A stretch of DNA of 64,000 nucleotides, from the NCBI RefSeq assembly GCF_036971445.1, contig NC_091471.1, forward strand, positions 357,678,001-357,742,000, written 5' to 3'. Within the stretch, counting starts at the first letter, position 1, and each line of letters starts with the position of its first letter. This document shows, piece by piece, positions 24,648 through 35,871 of this stretch. Origin of the DNA: Narcine bancroftii (taxonomy: Eukaryota). A program made the position numbers and the translations under genes. The notes under the pieces are model-generated. The model saw only the letters and a list, made by a program, of their open reading frames with translations. It had not been told where the DNA came from and ran no database searches.

Positions 24648-26730
24648 TGAATCAGAACCAAGTGGTCATGAAACACGGCACAAAATTTGTTGGTTTTGCT
24701 GCAGCATCTCAGTGTAAATATTGCTGTAAATTACAATTAAAATAACTAAATCAGTGCCAAAAAAAAAATAAGAGAAAGTGAGGTAGTGTTTGTGGTTCAT
24801 TGTCCATTCAAAAACCTGATGACAGAGGGGAAGAAGCTGTCCTCGTGCCAATGGATATTCATCTTCAGGCTCCTGTACCACCTCCTTGAGGGTCCTTGAG
24901 GAGAGAGGCCGCTTTCTTAAGCCACCCCCTCTTGTAGATGTCCTCCAATAGAGTGAAGGTCGATGGCTCTGGCCAAGTTCACAACTCTGTGCAGATTTTT
25001 TTTCCCCGGTCCTGTGCGTTGGCACCTTCAGACCAGACAGTGATGCAACCAGTCAGAATGCTCTCCATGGTACACCTGCAGAAATTTGCAAGGGTCTCGT
25101 GGAGACGTAATCTCCGCATACTCCTCACAAAGTATCGTTGCTGGCCGGACCTTCTTAATGATTGCATCAACATGAGAGCCCCAAGTCAGATCTCCAGAGA
25201 CGTTGACACTTTCCACTGCTGACCCCTCAGTGAGGAATGGTTTGTGGTCTTCCGATTTCCCCCTCCTGAAGTCCACAATCAGTTCCTTGGTTTTGATAAC
25301 ATTGAGTGCAAGGTTGTTGTTGTGACACCACTCAACTTGCTGCTCTATCTCTCTCCTGAATCCTTCATCATTGTTCATCTATGGTTCTGCCAACAACCGT
25401 GGTTTCGTCAGCAGATTTGTCGAGGTAATTTGAATTTTGCCTAGCCACACAGTCTGGGTATAGAGTGAGTAGAGCAGTGGGCTAAGAAGGCATCCTTGAG
25501 GGAGCCTGATGATCATCAGTGAAGAGGAGACATTGTTTCTGATTCATACTGGCCAATAAGAAAGTATGAATTCTCCTTCCAATAAGAAAGTCATGATCCA
25601 GTTGCAGAGGGGGGTGGAGCGGCCCAGGTTTTAGAGCTCGTTGACCAGCACTGAGAATATGATGGTGGTAAAAGCTGAGCTGTAGTCAATGAAGAGTAGC
25701 CGGTTGTCTTGGAGATCCAGAGTGGAGAACCAGTCAGACTGCAAATGCTATGGAGCAATTGTGATGGTAAGCGATTGTCTTGGGTCCAGATCTTTACTTG
25801 GTATGAGATCATTCTGGCCATGACCAACGTTGCAAAGCATTTCATCACAGTACTTATGAGTGCTACTAATGCCATTTTTAAGCAGGAGGGAAACTTTAAC
25901 TGCAGCAACGAGAGCCAACTCCAGCTAGTTGGCTGTCACAGATTTTCAGTACCCCACCAGGTATGCAATCACAGCCTTGCGATGGTTCACCTTATTGAAA
26001 GATATTCTGATGTTGGCCTCAGAGGCAGATATCACAGGGTCGTCAGCTTCTGCAGGAATTCATATAGGTGTCATTTGAGTTCTAAAAGTGTATGGTTCAT
26101 CTTATTGAAAGATATTCTGATGTTGGCCTCAGAGGCAGATATCACAGGGTTGTCAGCTTCTGCAGGGATTCATATAGGTGTCATTTGAGTCCTAAAAGTG
26201 TAGATGGTTCACCTTATTGAAAGATATTCTGATGTTGGCCTCAGAGGCAGATATCACAGGGTTGTCAGCTTCTGCAGGGATTCATATAGGTGTCATTTGA
26301 GTCCTAAAAGTGTAGATGGTTCACCTTATTGAAAGATATTCTGATGTTGGCCTCAGAGGCAGATAACACAGGATTGTCAGCTTCTGCAGGGATTCATATA
26401 GGTGTCATTTGAGTTTTAAAAGTGTGCATAAAAGGTGTTTAGCTTATTGGGTAGTGAAGCACACACTCATTTATGGTGGTTTGATCTTGCCTTGTTGGAT
26501 GTGATGGCTGTCTCTAGCTTGTCTCTAAATTGCCTCAGGGTTTGAGATAGCCTTTCGCAGGACGTACCTGGGCTTCCTCTCGAGATCTGGATCACTGGCT
26601 TTATCACCCTCAGCAAGTTGTGAATCTTTAGATTCATCCATGCTGCTTATTAAGGTGCTCCCGATAGGCACACACTCATCTAAGCAGGTCTTGATGAACT
26701 CAGTGACAGTTGTAGCATATTCATTCAAGT
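24648..26730 (-). mobile_element. Rex1/Babar LINE, decayed RT region with an internal tandem amplification
   Basis: Minus-strand peptides VALISTVMKCF, LFIDYSSAF, EWCHNNNLALNVIKTKELIVDFRR, ESILTGCITVW, NEYATTVTEFIKTC; many frameshifts. Confidence 0.85.
25981..26425. repeat. Tandem repeat, ~112-bp unit x4
   Basis: Unit gatggttcaccttattgaaagatattctgatgttggcctcagaggcag...ctaaaagtgta starts at about 25981, 26091, 26203 and 26315; few differences between units. Confidence 0.95.
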
Positions 26731-26840
26731 TTTGACGCTGGTTTTCTGGGGATCACATCACTGCATGCATTCAAGAACCATTGATACTTCTGAAAAGGAA
26801 TTTGCTATGAATGCTTTTTCAAAGTAAATCCAATGTTAAT

Positions 26841-27446
26841 TTTTTTTTTTTTTCTTTGGCTTGGCTTCGCGGACGAAGATTTATGGAGGGGGTAAAAAGT
26901 CCACGTCAGCTGCAGGCTCGTTTGTGGCTGACAAGTCCGATGTGGGACAGGCAGACACGGTTGCAGCGGTTGCAGGGGAAAATTGGTTGGTTGGGGTTGG
27001 GTGTTCGGTTTTTCCTCCTTTGCCTTTTGTCAGTGAGGTGGGCTCTGCGGTCTTCTTCAAAGGAGGTTGCTGCCCGCCAAACTGTGAGGCGCCAAGATGC
27101 ACGGTTTGAGGCGTTGTCAGCCCACTGGCGGTGGTCAATGTGGCAGGCACCAAGAGATTTCTTTAGGCAGTCCTTGTACCTTTTCTTTGGTGCACCTCTG
27201 TCACGGTGGCCAGTGGAGAGCTCGCCATATAACACGATCTTGGGAAGGTGATAGTCCTCCATTCTGGAGACATGACCCATCCAGCGCAGCTGGATCTTCA
27301 GCAGCGTGGACTCGATGCTGTCGACCTCTGCCATCTCGAGTACTTCGACGTTAGGGATGAAAGCGCTCCAATGGATGTTGAGGATGGAGCAGAGACAACG
27401 CTGGTGGAAGCGTTCTAGGAGCCGTAGGTGGTGCCGGTAGAGGACC
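26841..27446 (-). mobile_element. RTE-clade LINE, 5'-truncated (subfamily A)
   Basis: 180-aa ORF 26906-27448 nearly identical to the C-terminus of 53955-55319; TSD caatgttaat at 26831-26840 and 27446-27455; A-rich tail. Confidence 0.95.
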
Positions 27447-27819
27447 AATGTTAATAATGCACAGCAAGTAACATACTACTTATCTCCCATTAAAGCACTC
27501 CAAATTGCCTTTCTACAGTGGTCCCAAAGTCCCAGAAGTGAATTTAACAACAGCTCTAACTCTATGTCACAACCAAGAATAATTTGGCACCATTGTCCTG
27601 CAAGAAAAGTGACAGCGCTTTCAAAAACAAATCCCAAGAAAGCTAAACTTTTGGAACCCCTTGAAATTTAACCAGCAAGATATGGAACAGAATTTTATGT
27701 TTAAAAAGAAAAGTGAGGTGAAAAGCCAAAAACAATCTGCTGGAGGATTTCAGTATTCTAGTCTCCTACGTATTTCCAGCATCTAAAAATAAATTAATTT
27801 GCAGCTTCCATAAACAGCA

Positions 27820-28020
27820 GTGATAGAACAGAGAAATCTACAGCACAGTGCAGACCCCTCAGTGCACAGTGTTGTCCAACTTAAATAACCCACTCGAACA
27901 ACTGCCTAACTTTCCCTACTGCATAACCCTCCATTTTTTCTCATTTCCATGCCTCAGTCTCTCAAAAGATGCTACTGCACCTGCCCCCACCACCGTTGGC
28001 AGGGCATTCCATGTACCCAT
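27820..28020 (-). mobile_element. CR1 3' tail fragment
   Basis: atagaacagagaaatctacagcacagtgcagaccc...caccaccgttggcagggcattccatgtaccca. Confidence 0.55.
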
Positions 28021-28611
28021 CTCTTAGACTCCAGATGGATGAGACGGAAAGGAATGATTCTAAAGCTTCAGATTGAAAGTCTGCATTTCTACCCTGACCT
28101 CTTATAATTAATACTGAAGCATCAGAAATGTTCCTTTTTAAGCGCTGGTCTTTGAATTTGATACAAAACAGCCAAATCTACCCAAGAAGACTGATTAAAC
28201 AAATATTTTCTTAAGAGCTGTGGTCACGCGAGAGATCGCATGCCACCAGATTTGAGGACAATTTGTTTCCTGCTGTAATCAGAATCTGGAATGAACATCA
28301 CACGAGTAAAATTACTTTGTCTTTGTTCTGTACCTCTGAACTCTCTCTTTTCTCCTGCATCTTACTTGATGAACAGTGATGATTCGCTGGATTGCTTGCA
28401 AACCAAACTTGCTACATGCACATGCGACTCTAAACTTGGTTTTGGAGAAAATCTGCAAAAATCTTTCTGAATCACTTCGTCAAAATATACAATAGTATTG
28501 AACACTTGTCTTTTAATGATATTAGCCTGCTTGAAAATACTTTCAGCCTACAGTCAAATTCCATGCAAAATTACCCAGCAGTTTTAATTACTACATGACA
28601 CAATTATTAAT

Positions 28612-29210
28612 CTGTTCGGCTCAGAATCATGGGTCCTCTACCGGCATCCCCTACGGCTCCTAGAACGCTTCCACCAGCGTCGTCTCCACTCCATCCTCAA
28701 CATTCATTGGAGCGCCTTCATCCCTAACATCGAAGTACTCGAGATGGCAGAGGCCGACAGCATCGAGTCCACGCTGCTGAAGATCCAGCTGCGCTGGTTG
28801 GGTCACGTCTCCAGAATGGAGGACCATCGCCTTCCCAAGGTCGTATTATATGGCGAGCTCGCCACTGGCCACGGTGACAGAGGTGCACCAAAGAAGAGGT
28901 ACAAGGACTGCCTAAAGAAATCTCTTGGTGCCTGCCCCATTGACCACCGCCAGTGGGCTGATATCGCCTCCAACCGTGCATCTTGGCGCCTCACAGTTCG
29001 GCGGGCAGCAACCACCTTGGAAGACCGCAGAGCCCACCTCACTGACAAAAGACAAAGGAGGAAAAACCCAACCCACCAATTTTCCCCTGCAACCGCTGCA
29101 ACCGTGTCTGCCTGTCCCGCATCGGACTTGTCAGCCACAAACGAGCCTGCAGCTGACGTGGACATTTACCCCCTCCATAAATCTTCGTCCGCGAAGCCAA
29201 TACAAAGAAG
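28612..29210 (+). mobile_element. RTE-clade LINE, 5'-truncated (subfamily B)
   Basis: MAEADSIESTLLKIQLRW...LPKVVLYGELATGH; small deletions near the 3' end; ends aatcttcgtccgcgaagcc. Confidence 0.95.
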
Positions 29211-29469
29211 ATAGTATATTAAGTATATACAAGAATGATTAAAGAATACGATAACTTTGCAATTTAATTTGCATAAACAAATCTTAAAAATGTTCAGTAC
29301 CCAAAATGAATGTCTCAACTTGCATGGTAATCTGCCACCTACTGACCAGTGGATTGTTCAACTTGTTATTACACAAACAATTAAGCTCCAAACCTTTGAA
29401 TGCCAGAATACGATAGCAATATATCAAGAATAAAATATAAGTCGCCCCTGGCAGAGATTTGTTTTCATC

Positions 29470-30511
29470 TTTGTGGTCCAAGGGCGAGGTACTAGAAGAA
29501 GGGAGAATAGTTAAAGGGCAGCATAGGGCAAGCCATCGAGTTACAGAGTTTATAAAAGTAATTGGAAGGGATTTGGAGGGACAAGATCTATTGAATTTGG
29601 AAAGGCAAGGTATGATTAGGATGAGGATGTGTTGGTTGAAGAGGCTGGTGGGGTGGTAGGTGAAAACAACAGGAATCTGGTCCTTATTGCGCATGGGGGT
29701 GGAGGGGGTCAGGGAAGATGTGCGGGTGAGAGCCGAATTGATGGAGGTAGAGGGAAACCCATTTGTTTGATGGAGGATATCTCTGATGATCTAGCATGGA
29801 AGTCCTCATCCTGGGTGCAGATGCGCCAGAGAGAGAGGAATTGAGAAAATGGAATAGAATGAAATCCTATTAGGGGACAGGGTGTGAAGTGGTACAGTCA
29901 AGGCAACTGTGAGAGTTGATGGGTTGGTAGAAGTTTGTTGCAAGTTTGTCTACCAAGATGGAAACAGAGAGATCGAGGAAAGGGATGGGCCAAGTGAATG
30001 TGAGGTCAGGGTGGAAGTTAGCAGCAAAATGGATGGGGTCAATGAGCTCATTATCGGTGCCTGAGGCAGCACCAAAGTCGTCGTCAATGTGGCGGAGGAA
30101 GAGTTGAGGGGCCTCGCCTGTCTAAGCTCGTAGCATGGATTGCTCCACATAGCCAACAAAAGGCCAGGCATAGTGGAGCCCATATGGGTACCCATGACTA
30201 CCCCTTTGACCTAGAGAAAGTGGGATGAGTAAAAAGAGCTTATTGAGGGGGAGGACATTCTGCCAGCCTGAGGTGGTGGTGGGCGGGGGGAGGGGGGAGG
30301 CGGGGGAACTGATTGGGTCTATTCTCAGAAAGAAACAAAGGGCTCTGAGGCCTTCAGTATGGGGGATGGAGGTGTATAGGAATTGGATGTCCATGGTAAA
30401 TATGGGGCGATCAAGTTCATGGATCTGGAAGCTGTAGAAGAGATGGAGGGCATGTGAAACATCCTAGATGTAGGTGGGGAGAGACTGGACCAGGGGGACA
30501 AAACAGAATCA
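29470..30511 (-). mobile_element. Penelope-like element, RT fragment
   Basis: Minus-strand peptides MDIQFLYTSIPHTEGLRAL, MGTHMG, IPVVFTYHPTS; homologous to 40380-41200. Confidence 0.85.
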
Positions 30512-31900
30512 AGGTGAGTGTGCATCTTTACCCTCCTGTAACTCCTTCCTGATGGAATCAGTGGGAAAGGCATGGGCTGGGTGGTGAGGGTCTTTGATAA
30601 TAGAAGCTACTTTCTTGGCACTCCGCCTCTTAAAGATTTCCTTAATGGAGTGAAAAGTAATGCCCATGATGGCATTGGCTGAGTTCACAACCCTCTGTAG
30701 CCTTTTCCTGTCCTGAGCATTGGCACCTCCATACCAGACAATGATGCAGTCAGAATGCTCTCCATAGTACACCTGTAGGAATTTTCAAGGATCCTGGTGA
30801 TGCAACAAATCTCCTCATACTCCTAACAAAATATAGCCACTGGCGAGTCTTCTTCATGATTGCATCAACATGACAGTCCCAGGATAGATCTTCAGAGATG
30901 CTGACACCTAGAATTTGAAGTTCTTTACCCTGTCCACTACTGGTCCCTCGATGAGAATTAGTTTCTGTTCACTTGATTTCCCCTTCCTGAAGTCCACAAT
31001 CAATTTCTTAATTTTGCTCACACTGAATGCAAGGTTGTTGTTGTGACACCACTCTACTAGCTGATCTCTCTCACTCCCGTACACTTCCCCATTCTATGTC
31101 TGTGATTCTGTCGACAACCATGGTGTCATCAGCAAATTTGTAGATGGCATTTGAATTGTGCCTCACCACACAATCATGGGTGCAGAGAGAGAAGAGCTAC
31201 TTACACATCCTTGATGGTCAGTGAGTAGGAGAGGTTGTCACTGATCCACACTAACTATGGTCTTCCAATGAGGAAGTTAAGGATCCAGATGCAAAAGGAG
31301 GTGCAGAGGCCCAGGTTTTGAAGCTTGCTGACCAGTATTGAGGAGATAATGGTGTTGAAAGCTGAGCTGCAATCGATGAAAAGCAGCTTGATGTATTGCT
31401 GTTGTCCAGTGATCTAGAGCTGACTGGAGAACCAGTGAGATTACATCTGCTGTGGAACAAATGTGGTGATGGGAAAATAGCAGTGAGTCGAGGTCTTTCC
31501 TTAGATAACAGTTAATTCTGGCCATGACCAACTCTCAAAGCATTTTATTATAATAGATGGGAATACTGCTGGGCACTAGAAGCTCTTCTTCAGCTCCGAT
31601 ATGATTGATGCCCTATTGAAGCAACTGGGAACCTTCAAGTGCAGAAAGGAGAGATTGAAAATGTCCATGAGCACCAGTTAGTGGCTTGGCACAGATTTTC
31701 AGTATCCTGCCAGAAACACCATCAAGACCCAAGACAGGTATCAGAGGGTCGCCAGCTTCTGCAGGAATTCTCACTGGTATAGTTGAATTCTTCTCAAAGT
31801 GAGCATAAAAAAGTGTTCACCCATTGGCGAGTGAAGCATCACAGCCATTTATGATGTTAGGCTTTGCCTTGTAGGATGTAATGACCTGCAAGTCCAGCCA
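30512..31900 (-). mobile_element. Rex1/Babar LINE, decayed RT region
   Basis: Minus-strand peptides IDCSSAFNTII, IYKFADDT, CIIVWYGGANAQDRKRLQRVVNSA; collinear with 24648-26730. Confidence 0.85.
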
Positions 31901-32207
31901 TAGTCTGGCCCAAATTTCATAATAATAAATCATGTACTTTTGAAGTATAACCAATGCAATGATTTGGTAAAAGATAGCATCTAAATTAAATCTAGGAAGA
32001 CTTGACAAACAACAAAGAAATTAATACCCGACTCTTCTCCTTTAAGTCCTGTTCCAATAAAATTGTCCAGAAAATGTGCTCTACTTAGACAACTCCTTAG
32101 ATGGGCAGACATGACCTCAATTTAACATTAACTGAGGTATCATGGATTTCAACAATGCACAGAAGACCCAGCAAGGAATAATCTGTCAAAGTCCAAATAT
32201 ACAGGTG

Positions 32208-32518
32208 TATTGGAGGATTTAAACCATGCTTTTGCTCCTGCAAGGCTGAGAATCAGTAACCTGCTTGAAACTCAGACAACCTACTACAAGTGTGCAGTCG
32301 TTGCCTCACCTCGGCGGTTGGAATCAGTCCAGGCGTTGATAAGTATAATTGGGAAGGGCTTGCATATTGTAGTTTGATATCAGCTTTAGAATTTGTAATA
32401 AAGATTTGTATAAACTGAAGTGCTCTCAGGGTGTGTGTCTGTTTTCTTTCAGTAACTCAAGCACTGTGACCAATCTAAAACGAACAAAGTGAGAGGTACA
32501 AGTTTACCCAGGACAACA
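32208..32518 (+). mobile_element. Probable short solo LTR of a second family
   Basis: Ends ...ccaggacaaca; starts tattgg (compare tgttgt); ggtg on both flanks (32204-32207, 32519-32522); internal AATAAA near 32396. Confidence 0.4.
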
Positions 32519-33607
32519 GGTGCTTGTCCTCAAAAATAGAAAGTTTGAGGAAGAAAATGAGAATTTGTATTTCACTCAAACTCCTCAACAGGAAAATGAC
32601 ACACCATGTTTCCTCAACTCATTTCTGGTAATGTACAAGACCTTAACTTAAAAGCACAGATTGTTCAACTAAATGAAGTGAACTGGTGTTTAATTCAAAG
32701 GGTTCCATCAAGATAAAATTGAATCAGAAGTGTTCACTGCAGATAGCAAAAAATATGTTCAGGAAGAGGTTTAAAACCTGGTAGACAAGGCCGAAGTTGA
32801 AGCATTGAACAATTTGTGGTTAATTAACAGACATGCAGACCAAAAGTAACATCCTGAAGTTCAATGGTTAAAAGATGGGTTTTGTTTTTTTACCTCTCAC
32901 CAAAGCTACTTAATTTTCCCCTTATTGGAAAGTATATGCACTGCTTGCGATGTATCAGAGACCTGGACTTACAAATGGCAGGTGTGAACTGAGGAATGTA
33001 TATCAGTTTTTGGCCATATGTATTTGTTTTATTGGTGGTGTATTGGTGGCATCACAAAAACACAAAGTTCTGCATTCCACAAAGAGCCTTGATAAAGAGA
33101 TGAATCACAAAGGGAAGATCAATTTCTGAAGTCATTTAAACCTAAAATACAAAAGAGAACACAAAAAAATCAACAGCTATCTAACTGATGTGTGTGTGCG
33201 TCTATGGCCTGTAAAATTAATTTTGACAGTACAGGTATAAATCATTTGAGTTGATCAGTCAGTCAAGTTGGCCATCACAGTTGAAGTCATGTTAAATAGT
33301 CACATGGTCATGTGCTCAGAAATTCACTCAGGATGACGTGACAACTGCCAAGTCCCAGCATCGACCATGTGACTATTCTCATACAACTATGAGAATGACA
33401 AGCACAGAATTAAATATACATCTGAAAGAACCACCATTTATATGGAGCTACTCATACTTGTGTGTGGATCTGAAGATTCTCACAGCAGCCCAGAAATCAT
33501 GGTTTCGTGGGTGAAGTTGGGAACTGGGGTGAGATAAACATGTAGCTTTTTGGATAGACTGAACAAAAGCAGAACTAAATTTGTGAAAATACAAGTTCAC
33601 GGACAGG

Positions 33608-33862
33608 AAATCTGCTTCCTGTTTGTCATTTAAGGTTATTTTTTTTAAGTAATACATTTAGTTAATTTTTAAAGTAGTACAAATCTGCTTCCTGTTTGTC
33701 ATTTAAGGTTAATTTTTTAAGTAATACATTTAGTTAATTTTTTAAGTAGTACAAATCTGCTTCCTGTTTGTCATTTAAGGTTAATTTTTTAAGTAATACA
33801 TTTAGTTAATTTTTTAAGTAGTACAAATCTGCTTCCTTAAGGTTAATTTTTTTAAGTAGTAC
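33608..33862. repeat. AT-rich minisatellite, 72-73-bp unit x~3.5
   Basis: aaatctgcttcctgtttgtcatttaaggtta...aagtagtac starts at 33608, 33681, 33753 and, with a deletion, 33825. Confidence 0.95.
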
Positions 33863-34260
33863 ATTTTTTTTTAAACACAAAGCAAAACCTTGAACGCACC
33901 ATGCTCCAAATATTAAACAACAGCAGATTTTCACAGAGCACCTGACAGGATAAATTATAGAAAGTTCTATAAACTACTACAAATTAAGTTCAAGTAATGA
34001 AGGCATTGATTCTTATTTCAAATAAATTTGAAACAATCCGTACAGAATCAAATTAGCCAGTGCAGTCCCAAAGTGACAGACTAGTGATCAATGATCGTAT
34101 TAGAATTTCTACTGGCCTTCTGGGGTATATAACACAATGTTATCAACTTTTCCCTTCAATATCTTTAACTCTCCATTTTGTAATGTTTCAAAAGCCTGAC
34201 TATATAGTTCAGAGTCAAAAGGTGGAGTGGGGCATATTAAAAGCAATGTCAGAAGTCAAA

Positions 34261-34641
34261 AGGCTTTTTCAGCTGCCTTCTACGCTAAGAATGCACCTGA
34301 AGAAGCAGAAGCGGCCCTTTCAATTGCTGTTCAGTTGGCAGCGTTTAAAGCGCAACGCTGGCCACCTGAAGGACAAAGCTGCACAGGATGCGGCTCTGAG
34401 CACACTCTGGCTCCTGCCCAGTGTCAGCTGTGATCAGCAGCCTGACCCTTTAACATCCGCTTTCAGCCAGCTGCATTGAGGTGGCTGGGGGAGCCACTCT
34501 GAGCTGATTATCCCTCTCGGAGGAGGGTTACGTAGCTCGCCTCGAGAGCGCCTCCTGCACATTCAGGTGGCCTCAAAATGGCCGCATATTGCCTAAATAT
34601 GCGGCTTTACATGCGGGGCAATTGGCCACCTGAAAGTGCCT
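34261..34641. mobile_element. GC-rich MITE, PIF/Harbinger-like
   Basis: Imperfect TIRs aggctttttcagctg / cacctgaaagtgcct; aaa on both flanks; repeated cacctgaa/ttcaggtg; related to 52823-53152. Confidence 0.65.
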
Positions 34642-35225
34642 AAAGAGGGAGGAAGGTAGATTGTATAGAAGCACAAAAACTTGTTTCAGGACCTGGGAGT
34701 GTAAGTAGACAATGGAATTGAATTGTTTAGTGTCACATTCACCAAGATACACTGAAAACATTTGTTTCGCATGCTCTCCAGGTAAGTCGACCCATTCTTA
34801 GGTACAATATACACGTGCTGGAGTATTGCTTGACCCCGACATCTGCAAGTTTTCTTGTTTAACCATACAAGAAAGCAGGTAGTGCAATGATAAAACAAAT
34901 CCAGGGTACAGAGAGTGCAGAAAGCCTTAAAAAAATCTGCCAACAGTGAAAATTTCCAACCTCTTTGATAAACAATAATATTTTATTTTGTTTTGATAAA
35001 AAATTGAGTAAGGACCCAGAGAGAAGGGAGCTCAGCCTAGCAATTGAAGAAAGACATTTCTGAGGGGAGTTAGGAGTTGTCTTCTTTATGCAAAACAGGA
35101 AATTTCAAATTCTCTTCCACAGCCAGTAAATGAAGCCAGTTACTGCTGAGATTTTAAAGCTCATTGGTGGAGAGCTTCAGACATATACATCCATAACTGC
35201 ACCATCTACATTCACAACGGGTATA

Positions 35226-35871
35226 CAGTAAAAGTCCTGGTATCCAGAATTCAAGCAACAGTCAGTCTCAAGCAACTAGCAAAACAAAAAAAAATTAAAG
35301 AATAAAATAATAGGTAAGAAAATATGCAAGTTTAAAATTGTAAACATAAATGTTCTCTGAGGTAATACAAACACCTTCGGTGAAGAGGGGAGCAAATATT
35401 CAGCTAGCAGATGCCTTGATCATGCTTTGCTCGGAGCAGCGGTTTGAATAAAATGGTGTGAAACAGCAATGGCATTTCCCAGGTTGAAGAGCTGGTTGAT
35501 GCTGCTCACCATTGGGGTACCTCCTTATCCCTGCTCAGAAGCTTTATCTGTAAACTTGGGGGAGGGGTTAATTATCTATAATCCTATTATTTGTCTTTCA
35601 AGTGGCTCCAAGAACCTAGAGATGGAGCAACTGTTGTACGTTTTCAAAGAATGTGACTGAAAATAAAATAAAATGCTTTAGAGTTTATATACTCATGCAA
35701 ATGATGTTTGTTCAGTGTAAATGTAGCGTAGTATTTTTGTCTTTCAAACTGTTTATTCATAATGCAGGTCTATTTGTGAAGCACAGTGAAGGTAAGTCTC
35801 AAGCAACTGGAGAATACACTTTCACGGCATCTACCAATTCCCAGACTGCTGGATTCCAGAGTTTTTTACTG
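35226..35871. mobile_element. Tigger/pogo-like non-autonomous DNA transposon
   Basis: TA + cagtaaaagtcctggtatcc ... ggattccagagttttttactg; longer relative of 14142-14357. Confidence 0.7.

Noticed and set aside
25981-26425. Possible CRISPR-like array (also 33608-33862)
   Set aside because: Head-to-tail units with no unique spacers, in eukaryotic DNA with no cas genes.
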